A DNA stretch of 64,000 bases from Macrostomum lignano (lineage: Eukaryota), in contig NIVC01003008.1 of assembly GCA_002269645.1 (NCBI GenBank), positions 1 to 64,000 of the forward strand, written 5' to 3'. A model generated the notes under the pieces. The model did no database searches and was not told the origin of the DNA. It was given only the letters and a program-made list of their open reading frames with translations. Numbering within the stretch: the first letter of the stretch is position 1; every line of letters starts with the position of its first letter. Of this stretch, positions 1 through 14,699 are shown piece by piece. The translations under genes were made by a program, and so were the position numbers.

Positions 1-3000
1 GGGGCTGATATACACAGGTGCAAAGATGACGCAGAGCCCGCTACTCTCAGCATCTCTAACTAGCCCTGTCGCTGTCAATATATAGAATTAAATGGAGAGC
101 TTAGAAATGACACTCAATGGGGCTGATATACACAGGTGCAAAGATGACGCAGAGCCCGCTACTCTCAGCATCTCTAACTAGCCCTGTCGCTGTCAATATA
201 TAGAATTAAATGGAGAGCTTAGAAATGACACTCAATGGGGCTGATATACACAGGTGCAAAGATGACGCAGAGCCCGCTACTCTCAGCATCTCTAACTAGC
301 CCTGTCGCTGTCAATATATAGAATTAAATGGAGAGCTTAGAAATGACACTCAATGGGGCTGATATACACAGGTGCAAAGATGACGCAGAGCCCGCTACTC
401 TCAGCATCTCTAACTAGCCTGTCGCTGTCAATATATAGAATTAAATGGAGAGCTTAGAAATGACACTCAATGGGGCTGATATACACAGGTGCAAAGATGA
501 CGCAGAGCCCGCTACTCTCAGCATCTCTAACTAGCCCTGTCGCTGTCAATATATAGAATTAAATGGAGAGCTTAGAAATGACACTCAATGGGGCTGATAT
601 ACACAGGTGCAAAGATGACGCAGAGCCCGCTACTCTCAGCATCTCTAACTAGCCCTGTCGCTGTCAATATATAGAATTAAATGGAGAGCTTAGAAATGAC
701 ACTCAATGGGGCTGATATACACAGGTGCAAAGATGACGCAGAGCCCGCTACTCTCAGCATCTCTAACTAGCCCTGTCGCTGTCAATATATAGAATTAAAT
801 GGAGAGCTTAGAAATGACACTCAATGGGGCTGATATACACAGGTGCAAAGATGACGCAGAGCCCGCTACTCTCAGCATCTCTAACTAGCCCTGTCGCTGT
901 CAATATATAGAATTAAATGGAGAGCTTAGAAATGACACTCAATGGGGCTGATATACACAGGTGCAAAGATGACGCAGAGCCCGCTACTCTCAGCATCTCT
1001 AACTAGCCCTGTCGCTGTCAATATATAGAATTAAATGGAGAGCTTAGAAATGACACTCAATGGGGCTGATATACACAGGTGCAAAGATGACGCAGAGCCC
1101 GCTACTCTCAGCATCTCTAACTAGCCCTGTCGCTGTCAATATATAGAATTAAATGGAGAGCTTAGAAATGACACTCAATGGGGCTGATATACACAGGTGC
1201 AAAGATGACGCAGAGCCCGCTACTCTCAGCATCTCTAACTAGCCTGTCGCTGTCAATATATAGAATTAAATGGAGAGCTTAGAAATGACACTCAATGGGG
1301 CTGATATACACAGGTGCAAAGATGACGCAGAGCCCGCTACTCTCAGCATCTCTAACTAGCCCTGTCGCTGTCAATATATAGAATTAAATGGAGAGCTTAG
1401 AAATGACACTCAATGGGCTGATATACACAGGTGCAAAGATGACGCAGAGCCCGCTACTCTCAGCATCTCTAACTAGCCCTGTCGCTGTCAATATATAGAA
1501 TTAAATGGAGAGCTTAGAAATGACACTCAATGGGGCTGATATACACAGGTGCAAAGATGACGCAGAGCCCGCTACTCTCAGCATCTCTAACTAGCCCTGT
1601 CGCTGTCAATATATAGAATTAAATGGAGAGCTTAGAAATGACACTCAATGGGGCTGATATACACAGGTGCAAAGATGACGCAGAGCCCGCTACTCTCAGC
1701 ATCTCTAACTAGCCCTGTCGCTGTCAATATATAGAATTAAATGGAGAGCTTAGAAATGACACTCAATGGGGCTGATATACACAGGTGCAAAGATGACGCA
1801 GAGCCCGCTACTCTCAGCATCTCTAACTAGCCCTGTCGCTGTCAATATATAGAATTAAATGGAGAGCTTAGAAATGACACTCAATGGGGCTGATATACAC
1901 AGGTGCAAAGATGACGCAGAGCCCGCTACTCTCAGCATCTCTAACTAGCCCTGTCGCTGTCAATATATAGAATTAAATGGAGAGCTTAGAAATGACACTC
2001 AATGGGGCTGATATACACAGGTGCAAAGATGACGCAGAGCCCGCTACTCTCAGCATCTCTAACTAGCCCTGTCGCTGTCAATATATAGAATTAAATGGAG
2101 AGCTTAGAAATGACACTCAATGGGGCTGATATACACAGGTGCAAAGATGACGCAGAGCCCGCTACTCTCAGCATCTCTAACTAGCCCTGTCGCTGTCAAT
2201 ATATAGAATTAAATGGAGAGCTTAGAAATGACACTCAATGGGGCTGATATACACAGGTGCAAAGATGACGCAGAGCCGCTACTCTCAGCATCTCTAACTA
2301 GCCCTGTCGCTGTCAATATATAGAATTAAATGGAGAGCTTAGAAATGACACTCAATGGGGCTGATATACACAGGTGCAAAGATGACGCAGAGCCCGCTAC
2401 TCTCAGCATCTCTAACTAGCCCTGTCGCTGTCAATATATAGAATTAAATGGAGAGCTTAGAAATGACACTCAATGGGGCTGATATACACAGGTGCAAAGA
2501 TGACGCAGAGCCCGCTACTCTCAGCATCTCTAACTAGCCCTGTCGCTGTCAATATATAGAATTAAATGGAGAGCTTAGAAATGACACTCAATGGGGCTGA
2601 TATACACAGGTGCAAAGATGACGCAGAGCCCGCTACTCTCAGCATCTCTAACTAGCCCTGTCGCTGTCAATATATAGAATTAAATGGAGAGCTTAGAAAT
2701 GACACTCAATGGGGCTGATATACACAGGTGCAAAGATGACGCAGAGCCCGCTACTCTCAGCATCTCTAACTAGCCCTGTCGCTGTCAATATATAGAATTA
2801 AATGGAGAGCTTAGAAATGACACTCAATGGGGCTGATATACACAGGTGCAAAGATGACGCAGAGCCCGCTACTCTCAGCATCTCTAACTAGCCCTGTCGC
2901 TGTCAATATATAGAATTAAATGGAGAGCTTAGAAATGACACTCAATGGGGCTGATATACACAGGTGCAAAGATGACGCAGAGCCCGCTACTCTCAGCATC

Positions 3001-6000
3001 TCTAACTAGCCCTGTCGCTGTCAATATATAGAATTAAATGGAGAGCTTAGAAATGACACTCAATGGGGCTGATATACACAGGTGCAAAGATGACGCAGAG
3101 CCCGCTACTCTCAGCATCTCTAACTAGCCCTGTCGCTGTCAATATATAGAATTAAATGGAGAGCTTAGAAATGACACTCAATGGGGCTGATATACACAGG
3201 TGCAAAGATGACGCAGAGCCCGCTACTCTCAGCATCTCTAACTAGCCCTGTCGCTGTCAATATATAGAATTAAATGGAGAGCTTAGAAATGACACTCAAT
3301 GGGGCTGATATACACAGGTGCAAAGATGACGCAGAGCCCGCTACTCTCAGCATCTCTAACTAGCCCTGTCGCTGTCAATATATAGAATTAAATGGAGAGC
3401 TTAGAAATGACACTCAATGGGGCTGATATACACAGGTGCAAAGATGACGCAGAGCCCGCTACTCTCAGCATCTCTAACTAGCCCTGTCGCTGTCAATATA
3501 TAGAATTAAATGGAGAGCTTAGAAATGACACTCAATGGGGCTGATATACACAGGTGCAAAGATGACGCAGAGCCCGCTACTCTCAGCATCTCTAACTAGC
3601 CCTGTCGCTGTCAATATATAGAATTAAATGGAGAGCTTAGAAATGACACTCAATGGGGCTGATATACACAGGTGCAAAGATGACGCAGAGCCCGCTACTC
3701 TCAGCATCTCTAACTAGCCCTGTCGCTGTCAATATATAGAATTAAATGGAGAGCTTAGAAATGACACTCAATGGGGCTGATATACACAGGTGCAAAGATG
3801 ACGCAGAGCCCGCTACTCTCAGCATCTCTAACTAGCCCTGTCGCTGTCAATATATAGAATTAAATGGAGAGCTTAGAAATGACACTCAATGGGGCTGATA
3901 TACACAGGTGCAAAGATGACGCAGAGCCCGCTACTCTCAGCATCTCTAACTAGCCCTGTCGCTGTCAATATATAGAATTAAATGGAGAGCTTAGAAATGA
4001 CACTCAATGGGGCTGATATACACAGGTGCAAAGATGACGCAGAGCCCGCTACTCTCAGCATCTCTAACTAGCCCTGTCGCTGTCAATATATAGAATTAAA
4101 TGGAGAGCTTAGAAATGACACTCAATGGGGCTGATATACACAGGTGCAAAGATGACGCAGAGCCCGCTACTCTCAGCATCTCTAACTAGCCCTGTCGCTG
4201 TCAATATATAGAATTAAATGGAGAGCTTAGAAATGACACTCAATGGGGCTGATATACACAGGTGCAAAGATGACGCAGAGCCCGCTACTCTCAGCATCTC
4301 TAACTAGCCCTGTCGCTGTCAATATATAGAATTAAATGGAGAGCTTAGAAATGACACTCAATGGGGCTGATATACACAGGTGCAAAGATGACGCAGAGCC
4401 CGCTACTCTCAGCATCTCTAACTAGCCCTGTCGCTGTCAATATATAGAATTAAATGGAGAGCTTAGAAATGACACTCAATGGGGCTGATATACACAGGTG
4501 CAAAGATGACGCAGAGCCCGCTACTCTCAGCATCTCTAACTAGCCCTGTCGCTGTCAATATATAGAATTAAATGGAGAGCTTAGAAATGACACTCAATGG
4601 GGCTGATATACACAGGTGCAAAGATGACGCAGAGCCCGCTACTCTCAGCATCTCTAACTAGCCCTGTCGCTGTCAATATATAGAATTAAATGGAGAGCTT
4701 AGAAATGACACTCAATGGGGCTGATATACACAGGTGCAAAGATGACGCAGAGCCCGCTACTCTCAGCATCTCTAACTAGCCCTGTCGCTGTCAATATATA
4801 GAATTAAATGGAGAGCTTAGAAATGACACTCAATGGGGCTGATATACACAGGTGCAAAGATGACGCAGAGCCCGCTACTCTCAGCATCTCTAACTAGCCC
4901 TGTCGCTGTCAATATATAGAATTAAATGGAGAGCTTAGAAATGACACTCAATGGGGCTGATATACACAGGTGCAAAGATGACGCAGAGCCCGCTACTCTC
5001 AGCATCTCTAACTAGCCCTGTCGCTGTCAATATATAGAATTAAATGGAGAGCTTAGAAATGACACTCAATGGGGCTGATATACACAGGTGCAAAGATGAC
5101 GCAGAGCCCGCTACTCTCAGCATCTCTAACTAGCCCTGTCGCTGTCAATATATAGAATTAAATGGAGAGCTTAGAAATGACACTCAATGGGGCTGATATA
5201 CACAGGTGCAAAGATGACGCAGAGCCCGCTACTCTCAGCATCTCTAACTAGCCCTGTCGCTGTCAATATATAGAATTAAATGGAGAGCTTAGAAATGACA
5301 CTCAATGGGGCTGATATACACAGGTGCAAAGATGACGCAGAGCCCGCTACTCTCAGCATCTCTAACTAGCCCTGTCGCTGTCAATATATAGAATTAAATG
5401 GAGAGCTTAGAAATGACACTCAATGGGGCTGATATACACAGGTGCAAAGATGACGCAGAGCCCGCTACTCTCAGCATCTCTAACTAGCCCTGTCGCTGTC
5501 AATATATAGAATTAAATGGAGAGCTTAGAAATGACACTCAATGGGGCTGATATACACAGGTGCAAAGATGACGCAGAGCCCGCTACTCTCAGCATCTCTA
5601 ACTAGCCCTGTCGCTGTCAATATATAGAATTAAATGGAGAGCTTAGAAATGACACTCAATGGGGCTGATATACACAGGTGCAAAGATGACGCAGAGCCCG
5701 CTACTCTCAGCATCTCTAACTAGCCCTGTCGCTGTCAATATATAGAATTAAATGGAGAGCTTAGAAATGACACTCAATGGGGCTGATATACACAGGTGCA
5801 AAGATGACGCAGAGCCCGCTACTCTCAGCATCTCTAACTAGCCCTGTCGCTGTCAATATATAGAATTAAATGGAGAGCTTAGAAATGACACTCAATGGGG
5901 CTGATATACACAGGTGCAAAGATGACGCAGAGCCCGCTACTCTCAGCATCTCTAACTAGCCCTGTCGCTGTCAATATATAGAATTAAATGGAGAGCTTAG

Positions 6001-8865
6001 AAATGACACTCAATGGGGCTGATATACACAGGTGCAAAGATGACGCAGAGCCCGCTACTCTCAGCATCTCTAACTAGCCCTGTCGCTGTCAATATATAGA
6101 ATTAAATGGAGAGCTTAGAAATGACACTCAATGGGGCTGATATACACAGGTGCAAAGATGACGCAGAGCCCGCTACTCTCAGCATCTCTAACTAGCCCTG
6201 TCGCTGTCAATATATAGAATTAAATGGAGAGCTTAGAAATGACACTCAATGGGGCTGATATACACAGGTGCAAAGATGACGCAGAGCCCGCTACTCTCAG
6301 CATCTCTAACTAGCCCTGTCGCTGTCAATATATAGAATTAAATGGAGAGCTTAGAAATGACACTCAATGGGGCTGATATACACAGGTGCAAAGATGACGC
6401 AGAGCCCGCTACTCTCAGCATCTCTAACTAGCCCTGTCGCTGTCAATATATAGAATTAAATGGAGAGCTTAGAAATGACACTCAATGGGGCTGATATACA
6501 CAGGTGCAAAGATGACGCAGAGCCCGCTACTCTCAGCATCTCTAACTAGCCCTGTCGCTGTCAATATATAGAATTAAATGGAGAGCTTAGAAATGACACT
6601 CAATGGGGCTGATATACACAGGTGCAAAGATGACGCAGAGCCCGCTACTCTCAGCATCTCTAACTAGCCCTGTCGCTGTCAATATATAGAATTAAATGGA
6701 GAGCTTAGAAATGACACTCAATGGGGCTGATATACACAGGTGCAAAGATGACGCAGAGCCCGCTACTCTCAGCATCTCTAACTAGCCCTGTCGCTGTCAA
6801 TATATAGAATTAAATGGAGAGCTTAGAAATGACACTCAATGGGGCTGATATACACAGGTGCAAAGATGACGCAGAGCCGCTACTCTCAGCATCTCTAACT
6901 AGCCCTGTCGCTGTCAATATATAGAATTAAATGGAGAGCTTAGAAATGACACTCAATGGGGCTGATATACACAGGTGCAAAGATGACGCAGAGCCGCTAC
7001 TCTCAGCATCTCTAACTAGCCCTGTCGCTGTCAATATATAGAATTAAATGGAGAGCTTAGAAATGACACTCAATGGGGCTGATATACACAGGTGCAAAGA
7101 TGACGCAGAGCCCGCTACTCTCAGCATCTCTAACTAGCCCTGTCGCTGTCAATATATAGAATTAAATGGAGAGCTTAGAAATGACACTCAATGGGGCTGA
7201 TATACACAGGTGCAAAGATGACGCAGAGCCCGCTACTCTCAGCATCTCTAACTAGCCCTGTCGCTGTCAATATATAGAATTAAATGGAGAGCTTAGAAAT
7301 GACACTCAATGGGGCTGATATACACAGGTGCAAAGATGACGCAGAGCCCGCTACTCTCAGCATCTCTAACTAGCCCTGTCGCTGTCAATATATAGAATTA
7401 AATGGAGAGCTTAGAAATGACACTCAATGGGGCTGATATACACAGGTGCAAAGATGACGCAGAGCCCGCTACTCTCAGCATCTCTAACTAGCCCTGTCGC
7501 TGTCAATATATAGAATTAAATGGAGAGCTTAGAAATGACACTCAATGGGGCTGATATACACAGGTGCAAAGATGACGCAGAGCCCGCTACTCTCAGCATC
7601 TCTAACTAGCCCTGTCGCTGTCAATATATAGAATTAAATGGAGAGCTTAGAAATGACACTCAATGGGGCTGATATACACAGGTGCAAAGATGACGCAGAG
7701 CCCGCTACTCTCAGCATCTCTAACTAGCCCTGTCGCTGTCAATATATAGAATTAAATGGAGAGCTTAGAAATGACACTCAATGGGGCTGATATACACAGG
7801 TGCAAAGATGACGCAGAGCCCGCTACTCTCAGCATCTCTAACTAGCCCTGTCGCTGTCAATATATAGAATTAAATGGAGAGCTTAGAAATGACACTCAAT
7901 GGGGCTGATATACACAGGTGCAAAGATGACGCAGAGCCCGCTACTCTCAGCATCTCTAACTAGCCCTGTCGCTGTCAATATATAGAATTAAATGGAGAGC
8001 TTAGAAATGACACTCAATGGGGCTGATATACACAGGTGCAAAGATGACGCAGAGCCCGCTACTCTCAGCATCTCTAACTAGCCCTGTCGCTGTCAATATA
8101 TAGAATTAAATGGAGAGCTTAGAAATGACACTCAATGGGGCTGATATACACAGGTGCAAAGATGACGCAGAGCCCGCTACTCTCAGCATCTCTAACTAGC
8201 CCTGTCGCTGTCAATATATAGAATTAAATGGAGAGCTTAGAAATGACACTCAATGGGGCTGATATACACAGGTGCAAAGATGACGCAGAGCCCGCTACTC
8301 TCAGCATCTCTAACTAGCCCTGTCGCTGTCAATATATAGAATTAAATGGAGAGCTTAGAAATGACACTCAATGGGGCTGATATACACAGGTGCAAAGATG
8401 ACGCAGAGCCGCTACTCTCAGCATCTCTAACTAGCCCTGTCGCTGTCAATATATAGAATTAAATGGAGAGCTTAGAAATGACACTCAATGGGGCTGATAT
8501 ACACAGGTGCAAAGATGACGCAGAGCCCGCTACTCTCAGCATCTCTAACTAGCCCTGTCGCTGTCAATATATAGAATTAAATGGAGAGCTTAGAAATGAC
8601 ACTCAATGGGGCTGATATACACAGGTGCAAAGATGACGCAGAGCCGCTACTCTCAGCATCTCTAACTAGCCCTGTCGCTGTCAATATATAGAATTAAATG
8701 GAGAGCTTAGAAATGACACTCAATGGGGCTGATATACACAGGTGCAAAGATGACGCAGAGCCGCTACTCTCAGCATCTCTAACTAGCCCTGTCGCTGTCA
8801 ATATATAGAATTAAATGGAGAGCTTAGAAATGACACTCAATGGGGCTGATATACGCAGGTGCAAA
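1..8865. repeat. 118-bp satellite array, 75 full copies plus a 24-bp partial copy; runs off the left edge
   Basis: Unit GGGGCTGATATACACAGGTG...GACACTCAAT recurs every 118 bp. I found 9 single-base deletions in C/G homopolymers; 75x118-9=8841 matches the start of the last partial unit at 8842. Confidence 0.99.
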
Positions 8866-9244
8866 TATTGTTATTTACATAGTTATTTGAATAACTATAA
8901 CTTCAAATAGTTTTTCGAAGGATTGTAGTTTTGTCTCTTGAAGTCTAATATGTGTCTTTGTTTTTCTCCTTAAAGTAGTGTATCTGATTTTAGCTTTATT
9001 TTTGTTGGGATAGGGAAAATCTTGTGTTGTTTTATTGGTTTAAGTTTCGTCATTTTTTTATGGCGTATATTTAGAATATATCCTTTTTAGAAACGGTAAT
9101 TTTTTGCGCGTCATTTTTAGTTATTTAGAGGATATATTCGATTGTGTCATTTCTACATTCTGCGTCATCCAAACGCCCCTGTTATCAATGTACGCATGTT
9201 GAACTGACGAATTTCACTTACTCTGTCGAATCTTCTTCTTCTTC

Positions 9245-9960
<716 letters not shown>

Positions 9961-10152
9961 TGCAGTGAGAGCTCAATACGTCTATGGCCATAGACTAAAC
10001 TTCAATTCTTGAGCTGATGCTATGAGTTATAAATAGCTATACCTAGCTTATTAAATTGTAAAATTTATGAATATCTTTGTCTTCAACTTGAATTGTTTGA
10101 ATCCGGAACTGATTGTTTGAATTAAAGTCGGGTGTTACTAAAGTGCATAATC

Positions 10153-10513
10153 GAAGGGGGGCCGTAGCCCAGCGGTAGCGCAGCTGCTCTGGTGTGCCAG
10201 CGACCCAGGCTCGATTCCAAGTGCAGTCACATTAATTTGGGGCTGAATTGGAATCTCGGCTTGGCTCTGCTCGTGCAATTAACGGCCTTGAGAGCCAACC
10301 CCCCAAGGCGCAGTGAAGTGTACATGCCTAACGATAATATAAAGTTAGGGCCGCTGTACACTCCTGTGTGAGTGTGTGCCTGCGTGCGTATCCGCGCGCT
10401 TGTATGCCTGCTCAGGGGAGTCGGCGGAATGGGAAGTAATGCCTCTCGCCGGTTGTGTGCCTGTCGCTTAAAGTGCGCCAGGGTGCACACAACCCCCCTG
10501 CCTCTAATAAAAA
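10153..10513 (+). mobile_element. tRNA-derived SINE, full length (~360 bp), with 13-bp TSD
   Basis: A box TAGCCCAGCGG (10165-10175), B box GGCTCGATTCC (10208-10218), AATAAA/A-tail at the 3' end, and direct repeat AAAGTGCATAATC at 10140-10152 and 10514-10526. Confidence 0.85.
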
Positions 10514-10577
10514 AAAGTGCATAATCACTTGAACAGAAATGCCTCAACGACATTGTGCTAGGTTTAAGAGGGAATTG

Positions 10578-10790
10578 CTGAGATGTCAAGGCTTAATGGG
10601 GACTTGCTAAGATGTCAAGGCTTATAGCTAGGGGAATTGCTGGGATGTCAAGGCTTACAGCTGGGGGAATTGCTAAGATGTCAAGGCTTGTGGGATTGTT
10701 GAGATGTCAGGGCTTATTGGGAGCATTGCTAAGATGTTATTGTCAAGGCTTACAGCTGGGGGAATCGCTGAGATGCCAAGGCTTACTGGA
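10578..10790. repeat. Degenerate ~30-35-bp tandem repeat (GATGTCAAGGCTTA...GGGGAATTGCT)
   Basis: About 6 imperfect copies, read directly. Confidence 0.8.
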
Positions 10791-11355
10791 AGCATCGCAT
10801 GGGTCTATTCTTTAATATATTAGCAATATTTTCATTTTCCTTTTTGCACTCCCCGAACGGGCTGGATTGCTAGTTCGAACTCACTTTCTGAGCCAGCCGG
10901 CCATAGACAACTGGGCCGCGGCTGCTGAGCCACTGCATTGAATTTGCTATGGCTGACGAATTCGAACTCACTTTTGGGAATAAGACACGGTTAATGCGGC
11001 ATTTAGAGACTTAGAGGTTTGCTTACTCAGCTGTTGCTAAATTACTAATTAAATTTTATCCCTAAATCTTGATAAGAAATGAAATCAAACTGTTGAGAAG
11101 CCTGTAATTATTGATTGGACAGCTATGCTAATTAATTGGTTGGGAATTTAAGCGAAGATAAAGGATGCTCTAGCCTAGGTTGAGTTTCACAGCGGGTGGT
11201 GTGAGTCTGGCGTCAGTCAGTCCCGGGCCAATTAATTAAGCTGAGGCTGACTGGCAAACCTTCGACAGCTTTGTAACACAGGGAAGGATATAAAATAGAG
11301 AAGGAGAGAGGTAGCGAAAGGATATAGAGGAGGGTAGAGGGTCAAAATTAAAACA

Positions 11356-11937
11356 GAGGGTATAGATGAATGAAGAGAGGGTATAGATAAAGAGAGAGGG
11401 CACAGATGAAGATAGAGAGGGTACAGATGAAGAGAGAGGGTACAGATCAAGAGATAAAGGGTACAGATCAAGAGAGAGAGGGTACAGATACGCTCGTAAA
11501 GAGAGAGAGGGCACAGATGAAGAGAGAGAGGGCACAGATGAAGAGAGAGAGGGCACAGATGAAGAGAGAGAGGGCACAGATGAAGAGAGAGAGGGCACAG
11601 ATGAAGAGAGAGAGGGCACAGATGAAGAGAGAGAGGGCACAGATGAAGAGAGAGAGGGCACAGATGAAGATAGATAGGGTACAGATGAAGAGAGAGAGGG
11701 TACAGATGAAGAGAGAGAGGGTACAGATGAAGAGAGAGAGGGTACAGATGAAGAGAGAGAGGGTACAGATGAAGAGAGAGAGGGTACAGATGAAGAGAGA
11801 GAGGGTACAGATGAAGAGAGAGAGGGTACAGATAAAGAGAGAGAGGGCACAGATAAAGAGAGAGAGGGTACAGATAAAGCGAGAGAGAGGGTACAGATAA
11901 AGAGAGGGAGGGTACAGATAAAGAGAGAGAGGGCATA
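11356..11937. repeat. 21-bp minisatellite (GAAGAGAGAGAGGGYACAGAT)
   Basis: Direct reading; gives the 7-aa MKRERAQ pseudo-ORF. Confidence 0.95.
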
Positions 11938-12616
11938 CATGAGACTGCGCTTTTGCACTTCATCTCAACACACGGGACTGCAACAGCCTACCACATCGAC
12001 CCGAGGGCTGAAATTCCATATCAGGGTTAAACTAAGAGTTGACCTGCTTTTGGGGTTCTCAATTGTTTTTTTAGGCAGGAATTTCATGCTGCGTCACAAA
12101 GAGGCCGCCAGCACTGCTGGTACCCCCATGACTCCACTGCTTTGAGTAGTTTCTGCAGAGGTGTTGGGGAGACATATTGGTTCCGCCTTTCCTTGTCGAA
12201 CGAAAAGACAAGGAATGTTTAGCCTTGCAACAGCAGTGCCTGGCGCCTGGCTATCCTTGATCTTTGCCTTGAGGGGGCAGCGAATTACTTTGCTTCCCCT
12301 TTCGAAGAGGAAGTGGGAAGGAAGCCGACACGTTTTCAATTTGAGCATATTTTATCCATGCTCTTGGAATCAGTTTGATGTTGTTTTAGGAAAGATTTTT
12401 TCTCGTTATCTTCTTCAGTTTTCAGTATCACTTCAGTATTCAATTCTTCAGTATCACTTCAGTTTTCTAGCATGCAATCGATGGGATTAGTCATAAACTG
12501 CTGATGGATCTGCGCAGTTATCTCGGTTTGGTGATTTTTGTGATCAGCTCAACTAGAGAGACAAATCCCATGGCCTGCGATTGTGCTTGATCTGGGAAAC
12601 TGAAACTATATAGAGA

Positions 12617-13400
12617 CTCTCCCTCTCTCCTCTCTCCTCTCTCCTCTACCTCTCCCCTATTCTCCATCTTCTCTCTCCTCCCTCTCTCCTCTCGCCTCTC
12701 CCTCTCTCCTCTCGCCTCTCCCTCTCTCCTCTCGCCTCTCCCTCTCTTCTCTCGCCTCTCCCTCTCTCCTCTCGCCTCTCCCTCTCTTCTCTCGCCTCTC
12801 CCTCTCTTCTCTCGCCTCTCCCTCTCTTCTCTCGCCTCTCCTCTCTTCTCTCGCCTCTCCCTCTCTTCTCTCTTCTCTCTTCTCTCGCCTCTCCCTCTCT
12901 CCTCTCGCCTCTCCCTCTCTCCTCTCGCCTCTCCCTCTCTTCTCTCGCCTCTCCCTCTCTTCTCTCGCCTCTCCCTCTCTTCTCTCGCCTCTCCCTCTCT
13001 CCTCTCGCCTCTCCCTCTCTCCTCTCGCCTCTCCCTCTCTTCTCTCGCCTCTCCCTCTCTTCTCTCGCCTCCCCTCTCTTCTCTCGCCTCTCCCTCTCTT
13101 CTCTCGCCTCTCCCTCTCTTCTCCCGCCTCTCTCTTTCTTCTCTCGCCTCTCCCTCTCTTCTCTCGCCTCTCCCTCTCTTCTCTCGCCTCTCCCTCTCTT
13201 CTCTCGCCTCTCCCTCTCTTCTATCGCCTCTTCCTCTCTTCTCTCGCCTTTTTTTCTCTCCTCTCCCTCTTCACTCTCGCTCTCTCCACTCTCCATCTCT
13301 TCTTTTCCTTCCTCCTTTACCACTCTCTCCGTCTCTATTTTTCTATTCTCCTCTCCTCTCCTTCTCTCCCTCATAATATCTCCGTCTCCCCTCTCTCTCG
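12617..13400. repeat. CT-rich 20-bp minisatellite (CTCTCGCCTCTCCCTCTCTT)
   Basis: Direct reading. Confidence 0.95.
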
Positions 13401-13492
13401 CCCCAACATACTCACCCAAAAAAATCGGAAAATTTTCTAATGAATCGCCAGACTCTCAAAAAGCAGCAACAGCAGAACGGAACACATCTCAC

Positions 13493-13843
13493 CCTGCACG
13501 TTGACCAGAGTCTCAGTCCTGACTGACTGCAAGCGCAGCAGGCCCTGACACTGGTAGCGCCCGCTCTGTCCCTGACCAACGCTGTCCACCAGCAGACTGC
13601 CGTTAGGTGTTGCGGACACGCTGACGTTAGCAAACGCTGCCTGCGTTTCGTCCACATTGCCGCAGGTGCCCTTGGCTGGTTGGCAGCGGATGAGCTTGCC
13701 TAGCGGTTGGCCAGCTTGGGCAAAGCTCCAGATTATGTAGTCGGGCGGTGGTTCGAGTCCGCAGTTCAAGTTGAGGCTGGACAACTCGCGAACGGTGATG
13801 CTGGGCGGTAGTTGCTGGGTGACTTTGAGCTCGGTTGAGGAAA
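13493..13843 (-). CDS. Gene 2 (IgSF paralog) coding exon 2: N-terminal V-like Ig domain
   Basis: Acceptor catctcgcag|TTTCC and donor CAGG|gtgaga; 351 nt, phase 1-1. Translation VSSTELKVTQQLPPSITVRELSSLNLNC...YIIW...RCQPAKGTC...NGSLLV...SGRYQCQG...VNVQ has the Ig Cys/Trp/YxC motifs and aligns to gene 1 exon 2. Confidence 0.9.
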
Positions 13844-13975
13844 CTGCGAGATGATGGAGTGGCGAGTGTGGGATGCTGTTATTAACTAAATGAGATCAAA
13901 ATCAACCATGTGTCAAATTGTACAGGAACTTTGGATTATTCGCAAGAAATCTGGTCATTATGTGTCTAAAATGAA

Positions 13976-14220
13976 AATGGTCATTTCTATTCAAATCTGG
14001 TCATTTCTATCCAAATCTGATCATTTCTATTCTAATCTGGTCATTTCTATCCAAATTTGATCATTTCTATTCTAATCTGGTCATTTCTATCCAAATCTGG
14101 TCATTTCTATTCTATTCTGGTCATTTCTATTCTAATATGGTCATTTCTATTCAAATCTGGTCATTTCTATCCAATTCTGGTCATTTCTATTCAAATCTGG
14201 TCATTTCCACCCAAATCTGA
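13976..14220. repeat. 20-bp minisatellite (TCTGGTCATTTCTATYCWAA)
   Basis: About 12 copies, read directly. Confidence 0.95.
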
Positions 14221-14699
14221 AAATCGATTATGATTATATAAAACTCATAATTTGCAAACAATAAATTCTGACTAATTCGGAGTCAATTCACTGTTGGTGT
14301 TATCAAGGCCGCCGCTATGCCTGCCGTGTTTGCTAAGCGGCTGACTTATGTTGACTTTATTAAGCGCATTGAGCCCCCAAAGCCGAGTGTGTTACGCGAC
14401 ACCCACTTCAGCGCATCTGAATGTTATTAAGAACCAGAGGTGGGCTGACTGAAGGAAACCCTTTTGTGTTGAAATTTAAGCACCTCACGATATTTAGCAA
14501 CCCGTGTAATCAAATATACAGCTTGGTACTTAGCTGGACTTAAGCCTTTGTACACACCCCCATAGTTTCCTCAACAAGTGATGGAGCTGAGGGACTTTTT
14601 ACTGCCAGACACGAGACTCAATTGTTTAGCTTTAGTCAAGAATACAAGGCATGATATCAAACTTTACACGTCGTTTTTTAGTATAAATTCTTTCTGAGT

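Noticed and set aside
1-118. Satellite unit as a hammerhead ribozyme, 5S rRNA or SL RNA gene (118 nt is 5S-like in size; schistosome satellites encode hammerheads)
   Set aside because: No CUGANGA core on either strand (closest are CTGATAT and CTGAGAG), no 5S similarity, and no Sm site, Pol III terminator or leader-ending ATG|GT that I could see.
10157-10230. Functional tRNA gene
   Set aside because: A/B boxes are present, but the acceptor and T stems do not pair well, and the element continues into a body, A-tail and TSD, so it is called a SINE.
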